Counted from the stretch's first letter, positions 36,701-51,060 are shown. The stretch is 64,000 nucleotides of DNA from Ylistrum balloti (GCF_031769215.1 NW_026782247.1:2666001-2730000), one strand, 5' to 3'. Notes: generated by a model not told the origin, from the sequence alone. Made by a program: numbers and translations.

Positions 36701-39700
36701 CTTCACGTTGATATTTTTCTTGAAGTTGAACATTCCTCTTCAATACCTTTTGAGAGTTTGCATGTTTGATTTAGATTAATGACTGCAATTTTTAATGTAT
36801 AGTTAAAACATTCATTGTATATGTCCTTTGTTCACATTGCAAAATTCAAAACTAGATAACAATATTATTAGGATCAAACGCGACCTTCTCTATTGTATCT
36901 AGATACTTACAAATATCTACTACGTTTCACTAGATTGCTGCACTAAGTCCTGCTGATATCAATTACAAAGAAACTTTATCCACTCTCAGGTTTGGTAAGA
37001 AACATTTCTTGATATTGACAAAATTGTCGGTTCTGTCTTATCGATTTTTTATATTACAATTTTTCCTTTTTTGATAGTCTGTTGTAAAACATGATTTGTA
37101 GTTATGATAGAAGAATTGGGTTGTTATTCGTTAACTGTCGTTATTATTATGTAGCGTTAAAATACACCATTCTGTAATCAGAATGCTAAACGATATAACT
37201 AAAAAGTCAAACGTTTCATTTCAATCCACATCGTTACATATTTTATTTACAAATCAATATGATAGTCGGCGGAGAACTGCAAACTGTTCGTTAAAACCAT
37301 GATTTGATGTTTTCTTGTTTATAAAGCTGATAGAGCAAAAGCGATCAAGACTACAGCGACTGTCAACGAAAATCCCACAGACAAACTTATTCGAGAACTA
37401 CGAGAGGAAAACGCGCGGTTACAGAAGCTGTTACAGGAAGGCGGAATCAGTGCAATACAGGGAGAAAGTTCAGGAGGTACATTTTTTCTGTATATAGACA
37501 GAGTACAAAAAAAGACTGGAAAGTTGAATAGGTCTGTTTTATTCTGCTTTAATCGTAAAATAAGTTGACAGTATCCTTGTTTTTCTATATATGTAGATAT
37601 TATCAGATTTCCAATACGATGTGTTCATTTTTATTACGACGTGTTCATATTCAATTAGTATCTGTGTAACGAAGTCATTTCATCGCTAATGCAGGTTTCA
37701 GTATATTATGTGTAAATATCAAAGTACGTATTGAATTGTAGTCACAAGTGAGGAAAAACGATTATTAGAGGAACAACTTCAACAAAACCAAAGGGAAATG
37801 GAAGAGATGAAAACCACTTGGGAACAAAAGCTAGAGATAGCCCAGAAGGAAAACCAGGTATGTCAACACTCCATCCAACTCTATAAGTTATATAGAAGTA
37901 TTGGTGAATTATTCATCACTATCTACATAAACTCCATGTTCGGAGAGCAGGAGTAATTATATGGAGGTAAATGTTTCTGTGGCGTTTCACAATTACTGTG
38001 AATAAAATATCAAGTGGTTAGGGAAAATGCATATGCATGCACTTCAATTTCATAATAAATAATAAATTTCAAAACATGTTAAATTATGATTAACTGAACA
38101 TTGTATGTTTTCTATGATATCAAATTATTGAAAATGCAAATTATTCCGAATTATGAATTAACACGTTATCTCTTTTCAGAATATTGAAATAACAATTATA
38201 TATATAAATAATAATTATATATGTTTAGTATGATAATTAGTATGATATTGTGGCTTCCACTCTTTTGATTTATAGGCGAAAATTGAAGATGAAAGAAGGT
38301 TGGCGGAGCATAAGAAAGTTACACCGCACTTCTGGAATCTTAATGAGGATCCTGCACTTTCCGGAATGGTCGTCCACTTTTGCGATAAAGGTGATTAATA
38401 TTTTATTTGATTCTCGTAGACGTAAAACTACGTAATGATATAATGAACATGTAGTGAAATAATTGAATATATAGCATTTCTCTCTAGCTTTCGTCGCACA
38501 CATGAATGTTCAGGTATTTACAGTAACTATATATAATTGGCTAATAGTGTGATATACATTAGATTTGAAATCCATTTTCAAACATTGAAAAGAGTTTTTT
38601 TTTAATTCTAAAGGTATGTAAAGCCTTTTGTCAGCATAGTATGACTTAAATTGACGTTTCGTATATCTTCTTCAGACAAAGCTCTAATAGGTAGAAAGGC
38701 ATCAGAATCAGGTGCAGATATACCACTTGCAGGCTTGGGGTGAGTGTTTAAGATGTTAAGAAAACATAATCTTTCCTTTCCACTTTTGTCCTCAGCTGTA
38801 CACAAACAGCAGCCTACAATAGTACGTAATGACAGTGTGTTCCTTATATATCGAATTGGTACTGTTTCCATCAATCTGAAATATCTTAGTATAGTATAAT
38901 TTATTCTACCATCATAATGCAATGATGACAAGTGACTAAGACGTCCATGAGACGTTACAACATAGAAGATTCGTCCATATTCATCATCACAAATTACACT
39001 CGTCCAATTATAGGATTGTTGGATTCAGACCCCAATTTCAAGAATGTTCTTTAAATTATGGCAATTGTAACCGCTCTCACACAAAGCATAGCATATTCAG
39101 CAAAAGTTAAGACCAATTACTGAGTCTAATATTGCATCCCTTTGAGCAGACTTCAATTTTAAAAGTTTACCAAGTTATATCAAGATCTTAAAAGAAAGAA
39201 AAATACATTGCAAAGTTAGATCAAGATCTTTATAAAAACAATTACATATTCTAATTTAAATCTTCAGCATCCAACCCAACCATGCGGAGATCCTGAACAA
39301 AGATGGGTCAGTGCTAATTATACCAGTTGATACCGCCAAAGTGACCGTCAATGGTCAGAAGATATTAGCCGAGACTAGACTACATCATCACGACAGGTAT
39401 GCTATATTCACGGTACACAGCATAACTAACATAATTTTAATATCTATACATGACTAATATTATGCTCCGGGTTGTGAGTTTATGATCAGTCATTCCTGAC
39501 AACTAATTAAAACATATTTGAACAAAACCACCGAAAAATGTAATTGTCTTCCATCTATTGTATTTTCAAGCTTTCAAACAACATTGTTAGGCAAAACATT
39601 TAGACCTGTATGTAAATATGGCATGCATTTTATTCCTCATAATTTAACCATGTATTAGTTGTGCTGAAAGATTAACTATTAATGGTGTTGTGTGGAAATT

Positions 39701-42700
39701 TTATTTCCTCAGATATGTTCTTAATTAATGATATTCAAATAGTTAAATGACGGTACAAGAAAACGGTATGCACAGAAAAAAAAATCAATACACTTGTGAC
39801 AGAACACTTAATTACTAATAATTATAAAAGAAATTCAGATCTCACACCAACGAAAATTTGCAGAAGCGCGTGTTACAATAATTGCACCTATATGCACTGC
39901 ACCAAGGCTGAATTATAATATCGGAAAGGTTTCGGTTCCAAGATTAATACATTATTTAATGCACATTCGATTGTTTGATTTCGTATGCGTTCCATGACAC
40001 TTGACCTGTGCTTGTATGTAACTTTCTTTCTGGGATGCTACCGATTGCCATTCAGTCTCATTACAATACCGGTTATTTTTGAAAGCATCTCATTTTTATT
40101 GATTCTTTATCATCAATGGTGTAGGGTACTGTTCGGAGCGAATGCTCTATACATTTTCCATCATCCTTCTGAAGCTGCAAAACTTGCTGAAAGTGGGGGT
40201 AAAATCAACACTCCAACCTTCGATCAGGCGCAACAGGAGCTGGCTATGATGGCCGGCCTGGTTTCAAAAGATGGCACGTCTAAAGGTTAGTTGCAGGAAA
40301 ACGATGATACTTGGTCGGATAAAGAAAATTCAGAAATATGTCGAGGACCTCATTCTTTACCTTATCGTTAATAAGAAATAGTTCTCTGGTTTTCATAACA
40401 TGGTTTCAATAGACAAAGAAAAAAATACTGAAGTGTCAAAAAACATAATTTGATCATTAATATAAAGAGTAATTAACAAAGTGAAATGAAAAATTGTGTT
40501 CACAAGCAAAACTACATCCTTCAAGTGTAACACGGTACCGTTTGCACATGCCTTAGTTGTTAATTGTCTTTAATAACATATTTAACTTGTTTCAATTAAT
40601 TGCGTCGTTGCAGAGGACCTGATTTTACAAGAAGAAGTCACACAGGTACTCCGGATCGTGAATGAAGCCAACGCCATGTCTGAGGAAATGGACAAGAAAG
40701 TAAAGTTTGAGGTCGCTTTACTAGCTCCCTCATTTCGAAGTCTATACAGAGGCCCTACAGAGGTACCATCTTAAAATAATAAAACATTTTTTTTAAAAAA
40801 AAACGAGCAAATTGAATGTGGTCCATGATGCAGCTATTATTTTAAGAATTTCCTCGTTAAAATGACTTTAAATTTACCCTACCTATATAACGTCATATTT
40901 AATGATAACCAATACATAGCCATCAAGGCAGCCGGTCAGCGTAAGACGTTTGACGTCATTTTTATGAGAGTCCACACACATGCAGTGGACAGCAGTATAA
41001 TACCTGTGTGGTTTATTCAGTTTAACCTCTTTAATGTACGTTCATAAATAATTTTGCACTGAAAATAATAAGGAAGCATGTTTGAAATGCTTCAAAACGA
41101 GAAACGTAGTGATCACCTCCATAGCAATAAGAGACAGTTCAGCTGTCACATTAACGATCTTCTATCGCAGCCAGTATATAACGCTTTCTACAACACATAG
41201 CATGAAATAGATATATATATAATAGAATTGGAAATACTTCTCATTAGTAAGCACTTCCATTTAAAATCTTCAGATGCTAACATAGTTTTACTGCCTCAGT
41301 AGGCCTACGTACATGACTGCCTAATTGGCAACACAATATTACGTCATCAATAATGGCTTGACTGTCTATTACGAAGTTATAGAAATGGGAGATAATTATG
41401 TCTTTTCGATTATACTGTATTTATTCTGATATCATTTTTATAAATTGTCAGTATTTCTTGAGGTAAGAATCTGTGTGTCTATCCTACTTTTAACCATAAT
41501 AATGATTTAATTGGATGTTAACTGTTTCAGGCGGATATCACTGAAGTGAGAACTAATGAGCGAACGTATCATAAACTTTTAAATTCACTTCTCTTATTCC
41601 CATTCACGTGTATGATAATAAGCACAACCCTTTCCAGTGACTGCAATGTTTGGAAAATCATTATTAAATTAATATCTTAGATCACCTGTTTTTTCTTAAT
41701 GTTTAGCACTCATGTTTGTGTAATATATCATATTTGTGAATACAACTATATTAACGAGAAATGCTTTGATACAAGCAAATGACATCAAGCGTGTGTTAAG
41801 TGTGACGTCATTGTTGCATTCACTACGCGCTCAGCACTCGGAGAGAAAATACTGTTCCATCGTGACTTCTGTTAAATAAAACTCTACAAAGGGCAAATGA
41901 AAAGCACCATTTAATACAAATTTAGAATTCGATACAATGGAGCCAAATACTGAATAAACCATACATCATACATCCTATTCGGACCCGTCAATGATCCTAC
42001 AGGCCTACATGTCGAATCATACGAGACACTTCTAGAATGAGAGGTGTACTAGTTCCATAATTTGATTCTATACATTTCATAGTTTTTATGTCTAATGATA
42101 TCAGAAAAACGTCAGGTACGAGTGTTTATCATGAACTATGTCAACATGAATTAAAATTTATGGTGTGTGGCTGGAAAACTTTTTGATCGACAATCGATAT
42201 CAGAAGATATCAAATAATTAGAAGTAAGTAACGTTCACGTTCACGTTTCCCTTGTAAGCTTTGGGCAAGACCAATTGAAATATATTGATTGACACTGGCT
42301 TATAAATAAGAATGAATTCACTGTAGTGTTCTATATTATAATTATTAGTGTGAGCAAGTTGAATGAGTCCGAGTGATCTCCCCTTGTATAAAAGCACGGG
42401 ATTAACCTGAAATACACTGGTTCCTGAAACGCCATTGTTGTTGTGATTTGATTCGCTGGTCATAGTTTAATCTGTAATGATTCAATTCGGAACCCATAAC
42501 GACACTACATTCATAATCATACATAACTGATGAGGAAACAAATCAAAACTAAGTTGAAATGTAATTTTCATTTATAAAGCGAAATTATTGTACGAGTCAT
42601 TTAGATTACAGTGTATATAAGTATATTAAGCAATCGTGCATTCATAAAAAATGTTTGTCCTTGTGGGTAAATCATATCTAACTGAACAATTGGAAATAAA

Positions 42701-45700
42701 TAGGATAACATAATATAATGTAGTCAAACCCATGTTTCTTTATAAGTGTGAGTCAGTACAGAATAAAATGCAATGTGTAACTTTATTTCAAGGAATAGAT
42801 AGTTAGATCACATATAAATTCATATCATACCCATATTAGGTGCGGATGAAAGTGAAGGATCTCGTCTCTGGTAACCACTGGATGTGGACTAAAGACAAGG
42901 CTATACATCGGCACGCACTCATGCAGCAGTTGTACCAGGACTTTATCTCCAAGGACGACAACTGGAAAGTTTCAAAGGTTAAAGCTCGTCTATATATAAT
43001 AAAATTATATACAAGTCATCTCGAAAGTTTATTTGTGCAACATGTTTGTAACAAAACCCAAAAGAATACAAGTAAGCTGAACGAACGTACAAAGTCAAAC
43101 AGACGATAAAAAAAGTCTTTACAAATAAGAAAAAAAAAGATCGACTATTTTTTTAGTTGTTGCTTTCATTATCTTTTATAAGTTTAATGTTATATATGGG
43201 AAATACACACTAATATGATAACTAAAGAAAACTCCAGTTAGTAGTATTCACTCGAATCTCTTCAGGAAGATGACCCCTTCTGGGAGCCGGCTGATACAGA
43301 AATCATGATCGGAGTAGCACATCTAAACCTACTGTCACTTGCATATAAATGCAGTATAGAGGAAAACGCCGATATTCACGATCACAAGACAACAATCAAA
43401 GGTATTGGCTGGGCTACAATATGATTTAAGATTGTCTCTGCGGTGGTGTAAAACCGTTTCAAGTTTACGTTTCAAGTCAAAAGAAGTTTTCATTTTAATT
43501 GAATACGAGATAAATGCTGGTATCTAGAGTTTTATACACGATTACCTTACATATTGAACTTCATAAACTCTTCTGATAACTTTATCAACCTTAATTTAAT
43601 ATTTTAAGTTGATATGACATGGATATGATCACACTATAATGTAATGATCTTTGTGCGTATATTGTTCATATGAATAACTCAAAACTGACAATAAAATACA
43701 CTTTATGGACGAAGTAATGAACTACATTAACATATCTGAATACCTATTTCAGGTCATTTAAAATTGGAGGTGATTCCATGTGATAAAAACAAGCAACCCT
43801 TGGAGGATATTGAACTTCTGGAAGATACAACAGAATTAGTAGGTTGTTTTTATTTTCGTAAGATCACTAGTCTATATATCAGATTTGCTATAAATAACAA
43901 TAAGTATTACAACACTACAACTTTATGTATTAAAGTTTGATAACAACACAACATGCACACTTACTACTTAACACGTAAGTCTAGCTTTTATCTTACAATA
44001 AAATGACTCAAATCGACGCAACCCAGCAGCATACTGTGATGTAGCAAATCATTCGCTTGACTTTCATCTAGACGACGTTGATTTGTTTCCCGCGTATGGA
44101 TGTGAATAGCGATGGGGTCACCTGCCTGATCGACCCACGCAGATGTTCTGTCGTTACTCGGGGCTCTCCTGCACAAACGTGATGACTATAAATTGCTATT
44201 TTTTTCAGATTGGCAAAGATTTGACTTTCTTGTTGAAAATTAACGGAGCAAGAGGACTACCTACAAATATTACAAAAGTAAGATTGCAATAAATAACTAC
44301 TATAAGTTATTTACAAGTTTTAAAATCTGAAACATGTTTGCATTTCTCATGCAAATTGCCTGTAAACAATTACCGATATCATGTATATATGTAATGGTGT
44401 AATTATTCAAGGTGTTTTGGTCGATTTTGTTTTGGAAGTTAATCAAATGTATATAACAATATCTGTTGTTATAATGTAAAATGTAGCATGTAATATGTTC
44501 TGTTATTTTCCAGTCATTTTGCAAATTCAAGTTTTACCTGGATCACGACTATGTTCAAACGAAGGAGGTAGCAGGGATGACTCCAGATTTCGACTTTGAA
44601 CAATTTTATGTACAAAACCCTGTTACAAAACAGGTAAGAAGGACAATTCTCCTTTCTTTCTTAATATTGAGAATTCTGTTAGAAAAGGAAAGACAATTTA
44701 GAGCGTGTTGTATTCTAAACAACTGGCAATATACAAACATACGTCCTGTAACCTGACGGTGACTAGCAGAGTTTTTACAAACATTGGGTAAGGAGAATAT
44801 AGATATTTTATCAATTTTTACTCATTTTGTAAATAAGATGTAGATGTATTGATGTGTTGAATAATGTTTTTGTCTATCGTCTTCTATGGTTAGTTTTATT
44901 GTTCATCATTTAATGTTAAATATTTATGTTGTATATTTCCATTTCAGTATTTTTCATGATCATTGCTTAACTTTCAGTGAGCGAGGATTCTTCCTCGTAT
45001 ACTTTGATTAACTGTACAATTTGGTTTTCAAATACAGTTTGTAAAATGATTCGAACAATGTCTTGTTTGTATTGCTAACGACGGGAATGAAAGTATTTCA
45101 GAATTAATAGGTCTTTGTCAATTACCATTGGCTATACATTCAATGTGTAAATGCTATTTACAATAGGTATATATCATATATATTTTGTATCAAAAATTAG
45201 TTTGTATGTCGGTCAATTTCATGTTCGCTTTATAAATTAAGTAGTCTCCACTTTACTTAACATAAATAAAAAATAACGATGACTTTAACGACGACAAAAC
45301 TGATACGAATGTCGTTATAACTTGATAGTGTTTATCAATTAGCAGTGCTAATCATGAATATTTCTAAAAGTATAGGAGGACATTTGCTAAAGATAGTATT
45401 TTTGCCATCAGTTTTTAGTTGTTGTTGGTGACGTTTTATTCATTTTTTTTTCAATGTTACAGTTCCTGGATTATTTGAAAGATCGTCATCTAGTGATTGA
45501 AGTCTGGGGACGACAAAAGGATGAGCAATCGCCGTCAAAAGGAAACACAGGTCTTCTACCAACAAAGGACTTGATGATACGAGAAAAAACTTTCATAGGG
45601 GTAGGTGAAAACGAATAATTTCTTAATGGTTAAAAAACAAATGTTAAACATATCGCAAGCATTAAAGTATGTGCTAATTGTTAAAATTATATTTTACTGT

Positions 45701-48700
45701 AAAAAGTGTTTCATGTGCGCCTCCTCACCAACTGTGTTCGGTCCGAAACCTATATACACATGTTGTATGTTTATTTTTCAATCATCTAGTAAGTTTTCTT
45801 TATTTGATATGTCAGTAAATTAAGATGAAAATTGCGTTTGAATTACATTGTTTCATTACAGAAATCTGCGTTAGAAGACGGGGACACTGGGGAAAAGAAG
45901 AAAAAGAAAAAGAAGAAAAGAAAGAAGGAGCATGATGTTGATGCCGCTGATGGGACAAATGGTATAATAATTCCGGTGCCGCCACTTAGTGGACAAAAGA
46001 GTGATGTACGCGACAACATGTCAAATATGTCGAAAGAAGAAGAAAAGAAATTAAGAGACGATCTTTCTAGATTAGAAAGTGAAAAACAGAGATCTGAAAC
46101 AAAATTGAAAGAGACGATAGATGCTCACAAAGCGGAAATGTCTCAAAAGGTGCAGGAAATAGAGAGTTTTAAATCTAGAGGGAGACAACTACACCAGGAA
46201 AACATGGATAACAAGAAAACACTGGTTTGTATTGAAGGCTCTCCTTACACACAAAGACATTGTGAAGTCATTGTTTGGTACATCATCATAGCTTAATACA
46301 CTATTATATATGTATATAATCAATAAAGTACTAACGACAATACGGACAAATGATTTGTTAAATTTTCGAGGCAATATGCCCCTTTATCAAGACGCAAATA
46401 TTACATAAATTACATTACATAAATAGTACATAAAACAAACACAAAGTCAAAAATCTAAATCGGAAATGTAAATGTAGGTGACTCGATAATCCTCTGGGTC
46501 GATGGACGCCGAAGGCCTTTTATATAACAGTGTTATAGATTAGATCACATAACGGTAATTCTTTAATTGATAAATAATGTAGATAGAATGTAAATAAAGG
46601 TCAAATCTATCGTAAATAAGAAAATTATGAACTTCATCAACTCAACAACACACGACATTAATAAAGATATTTGTGACGATATATATTCCTAAACTCAAGG
46701 TACTGTGAGTAACTATGCCCTAAATCAAAGGTACTGTGAGTAACTATGCCCTTAACTCAAGGTACTGTGAGTAACTATGCCCTTAACTCAAGGTACTGTG
46801 AGTAACTATGCCCTTAACTCAAGGTACTGTGAGTAACTATGCCCTATACTCAAGGTACTGTGAGTAACTTTGCCCTTAACTCAAGGTACTGTGAGTAACT
46901 ATGCCCTTAACTCAAGGTACTGTGAGTAACTATGCCCTATACTCAAGGTACTGTGAGTAACTTTGCCCTTAACTCAAGGTACTGTGAGTAACTATGCCCT
47001 AAACTCAAGGTACTGTGAGTAACTATGCAATAAACTCAAGGTACTGTGAGTAACTAGTGAGTAACTATGCCCTAAACTCAAGGTACTGTGAGTAACTATG
47101 CCCTAAACTCAAGGTACTGTGAGTAACTATGCCCTAAACTCAAGGTACTGTGAGTAACTATGCTATGTGAATGATAGTATATTGTATCTTCATATTTTCC
47201 TTTTTCTTTAATCAGCAACCCAACAACTTATTATACAATATTCATTATGTTGTTTTCTTCAACGTATGAAGAGTTCATATTTTTATTTCACTAGGAAGCT
47301 GTCAAGGAGCTGCTAGCAAGGACGAGAGGAAACGGAAAATCTACCATAAATGTACGTATGTTATGTAACCTCCTGAATACGTTTCAGGATTAAACGATAA
47401 TGTTGCTGGTCTTCTAGTGGGGGTTTGTTCTGGTGATAATTGATCGTTTGGCTCTGATCTAATTAATTCTTAATGTGGGTCCTTTGTACAATCAGCAGGC
47501 ATTCAGCATCCAAAAAATGTAAACACATATATTTTGATTATCTTTATAGCAACGCTGTTCAATCTTTTTGATAAAGATACAGTAGGACAAAATATTGACG
47601 TAAAATTCATTATACAGTCATCTCCTCCTTCTAGGACTCGTCAGTGATGTGTCCAAATTTTACAACCTATTAGACGACTGAAGAAAAAGAAAATAGATTG
47701 AAAGAAATATGAAAGTTTTGATGGGAAGGTACATTAGTCCAGGATATCCCACATATCTGATCATTCTAGGGTATCCCACATATCTGATCATTATAGGATA
47801 TCCCACATATCTGATCATTATAGGATATCCCACATATCTGATCATTCTAGGGTATAACACATATCTGATCATTCTAGGATATATCCCACATATCTGATCA
47901 TTCTAAGGTATCCCACATATCTGATCATTCCAGGGTATAACACATATCTGATCATTCTAGGATATCCCACATATCTGATCATTCTAGGGTATCCCACATA
48001 TCTTATCATTCTAGGATATATCCCATATATCTGATCATTCTAGGATATATCCCACATATCTGATCATTCTAGGATATCCCACATATCTGATCATTCTAGG
48101 ATATATCCCATATATCTGATCATTCTAGGATATATCCCACATATCTGATCATTCTAGGATATCCCATATATCTGATCATTCTAGGATATCCCACATATCT
48201 GATCATTCTAGGATATCCCACATATCTGATCATTCTAAGATATCCCACATATCTGATCATTCTAGGATATCCCTAGGGTATCCCACATATCTGATCATTC
48301 TAGGGTATCCCACATATCTGATCATTCCAGGGTATAACACATCTGATCATTCTAGGGTATCCCACATATCTGATCATTCTAGGGTATCCCACATATCTGA
48401 TCATTCTAAGGTATAACACATATCTGATCATTCTAGGGTATAACACATATCTGATCATTCTAGGATATCCCACATATCTGATCATTCCAGGATATCCCAC
48501 ATATATGATCATTCTAGGATATCCCACATATCTGATCATTCTAGGACATCCCATATATCTGATCATTCTAGGATATATCCCACATATCTGATCATTCTAG
48601 GATATCCCATATATCTGATCATTCTAGGATATATCCCATATATCTGATCATTTTAGGATATATCCCATATATCTGATCATTCTAGGATATCCCACATATC

Positions 48701-50327
48701 TGATCATTCTAGGGTATCCCACATATCTGATCATTCTAGGGTATCCCACATATCTGATCATTCTAGGGTATCCCACATATCTGATCATTCTAGGGTATAA
48801 CACATATCTGATCATTCTAGGATATCCCACATATCTGATCATTCTAGGGTATCCCACATATCTGATCATTCTAAGGTATAACACATATCTGATCATTCTA
48901 GGATATCCCATATATCTGATCAGTCTAGGGTATAACACATATCTGATCATTCTAGGGTATAACACATATCAGATCATTCTAGGATATATCCCACATATCT
49001 GATCATTCTAGGGTATAACACATATCTGATCATTCTAGGATATATCCCACATATCTGATCATTCTAGGATATCCCACATATCTGATCATTCCAGGATATC
49101 CCATATATCTGATCATTCCAGGATATCCCACATATCTGATAATTCCAGGATATATCCCACATATCTGATCATTCCAGGATATCCCATATATCTGATCATT
49201 CCAGGATATCCCACATATCTGATAATTCCACATATCTGATCATTCTAAGGTATAACACATATCTGATCATTCTAGGGTATAACACATATCTGATCATTCT
49301 AGGGTATAACACATATCTGATCATTCTAGAGTATAACACATATCTGATCATTCTAGGATATATCCCACATATCTGATCATTCTAGGGTATAACACATATC
49401 TGATCATTCTAGGATATATCCCACATATCTGATCATTCTAGGGTATAACACATATCTGATCATTCTAGGATATATCCCACATATCTGATCATTCTAGGGT
49501 ATAACACATATCTGATCATTCTAGGATATATCCCACATATCTGATCATTCTAGGATATCCCATATATCTGATCATTCCATGATATCCCACATATCTGATA
49601 ATTCCAGGATATATCCCACATATCTGATCATCCCAGGATATCCCATATATCTGATCATTCCATGATATCCCACATATCTGATAATTCCAGGATATATCCC
49701 ACATATCTGATCATTCCAGGATATCCCATATATCTGATCATTCCAGGATATCCCATATATCTGATAATTCCAGGATATATCCCACATATCTGATCATTCC
49801 AGGATATCCCACATATCTGATCATTCCAGGATATCCCACATATCTGATCATTCCAGGATATCCCACATATCTGATCATTCCAGGATACCCCATATATCTG
49901 ATCATTCCAGGATATACCGCATATCTGATCATTCCAGGATATACCACATATCTGATCATTCCAGGATATCCCACATATCTGATCATTCCAGGATATACCA
50001 CATATCTGATCATTCCAGGGTATAACACATATCTGATCATTCTAGGGTATCCCACATGTCTGATCATTCTGGGATATACCAAATGTAAATCTTTGAATTA
50101 AGCCAGTAATAAAATATAAATACGTCAGAGAAACAGTCAGCCCCCAGAAAAAAACTTTTTATTGTTTAAATATCGGAATACACATTTTTGATATATACTA
50201 ATGGTTGTAATGTCATTGTTTAATGTGTTTTATCCAACAGGTGTCCGATTTAGAGAGGACGTTGGATCCATCGGCGCCACAAACGGTGGAACATGGCAAC
50301 ACATCCAAAGCTTGTATCTTACAATAG
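30728..50327 (+). CDS. KIF28: Kinesin-3 KIF28/KLP-6-like protein, about 1042 aa, 25 exons: 30728-30769, 32596-32790, 33120-33344, 33918-34035, 34364-34475, 35088-35195, 36057-36175, 36394-36464, 36934-36994, 37327-37476, 37742-37857, 38276-38390, 38676-38739, 39268-39396, 40125-40285, 40614-40762, 42840-42977, 43266-43401, 43753-43838, 44209-44277, 44514-44633, 45463-45600, 45862-46224, 47295-47351, 50241-50327
   Basis: All exon phases chain to 3129 nt, with an in-frame stop at 30719 upstream of the ATG. Motor motifs: [25 protein letters not shown]-loop GQTGSGKT, switch I NATSSRAH, switch [18 protein letters not shown]. These are followed by a neck coil, an FHA domain (NLNEDP...HHDRVLFG), an EDDPFWEP kinesin-3 block, a C2-like region, a coiled coil and the C-terminal CILQ. 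Subfamily assigned from recalled similarity, not from a search. Confidence 0.9.
30770..32595 (+). other. U12-type (minor spliceosome) AT-AC intron 1 of the kinesin gene
   Basis: The 5' end is ATATCCTTT (30770), the branch-like CCTTGAC lies at 32579-32585 with A 11 nt before the junction, and the 3' end is CTCAC (32595). Splicing restores RVRPF-NERE. Confidence 0.88.
31169..31830 (+). repeat. Copy B of the duplication of about 580 bp, inside kinesin intron 1
   Basis: Matches 28699-29280, with an extra internal segment (about 31680-31770) and three terminal 18-bp GTCCGGATCTTCCATTGA-like repeats. Confidence 0.9.
33650..33870. mobile_element. Probable Helentron/HINE internal fragment
   Basis: GACCTTGA/AGGTCAAAGG motifs and CCAAATTCATGACCTTGA resemble bivalve HINE cores (recall only). 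Confidence 0.35.
34815..34890 (-). mobile_element. Degenerate tRNA-derived SINE head
   Basis: B-box-like GTTCGAAC and A-box-like TAGTTGAGCGATGG on the minus strand. Confidence 0.35.
44030..44185 (+). mobile_element. Highly diverged V-SINE-like copy
   Basis: TTGACTTTCATCTAGACG...TATGGATGTGAATA...GGTCACCTGCC...CCCACG parallels the 25932-26165 copy. Confidence 0.5.
46695..47165. repeat. 31-bp minisatellite (about 15 units), CTCAAGGTACTGTGAGTAACTATGCCCTAAA
   Basis: Period of 31 (46741 and 46772), located in a kinesin intron. Confidence 0.95.
47735..50085. repeat. 27/29-bp minisatellite (about 85 units), ATATCCCACATATCTGATCATTCTAGG
   Basis: Fills most of the last kinesin intron and generates spurious MIRYVGYPR ORFs on the minus strand. 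Confidence 0.97.
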
Positions 50328-50539
50328 TTTTCAGAGTTTCACTAGATCACTATACAAGCTGAAACTCTGAGCTTATCTGTGATATCAACCTAGCTCTTGT
50401 ATTAATGGGACAAGATACTCACATATCATATAACCTGTGATACCAACCAAACCAAGGTTTGTTTATAAATCATGTGTGACCAAAGAGTAGTTCAACTGGT
50501 TATTGGCATTCACATACAGATTAATGTGTGGCAGATCTC

Positions 50540-51060
50540 GGAAGGTAACGTCTTGACAGGAACCGTCTCGATAGGCATTGTCTTGGTAGATACTGTTTCA
50601 GTACGTACCGTCTCGATAGGCATTGTCTTGGTAGATACTGTTTCAGTATGTACCGTCTCGATAGGCATTGTCTTGGTAGATACTGTTTCAGTACGTACCG
50701 TCTCGATAGACATTGTCTTGGTAGATACTGTTTCAGTACGTACCGTCTCGATAGGCATTGTCTTGGTAGATACTGTTTCAGTACGTACCGTCTCGATAGA
50801 CATTGTCTTGGTAGATACTGTTTCAGTACGTACCGTCTCGATAGGCATTGTCTTGGTAGATACTGTTTCAGTACGTACCGTCTCGATAGGCATTGTCTTG
50901 GTAGATAATGTTTCAGTACGTACCGTCTCGATAGGCATTGTCTTGGTAGATACTGTTTCAGTACGTACCGTCTCGATAGGCATTGTCTTGGTAGATATTG
51001 TTTCAGTATGTACCGTCTCGATAGACATTATCTTGGTAGATACTGTTTCATTAGGTACAG
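50540..51060. repeat. 45-bp minisatellite (about 11 units) made of three 15-bp subunits
   Basis: ACCGTCTCGATAGGC-ATTGTCTTGGTAGAT-ACTGTTTCAGTACGT, with period 45 (50562 and 50607). Confidence 0.95.

Noticed and set aside
38608-38931. 107-aa minus-strand ORF
   Set aside because: It is antisense to the small kinesin FHA exon 38676-38739.
47660-50082. Many MIRYVGYPR-type minus-strand ORFs
   Set aside because: They are products of the intronic 27/29-bp minisatellite.
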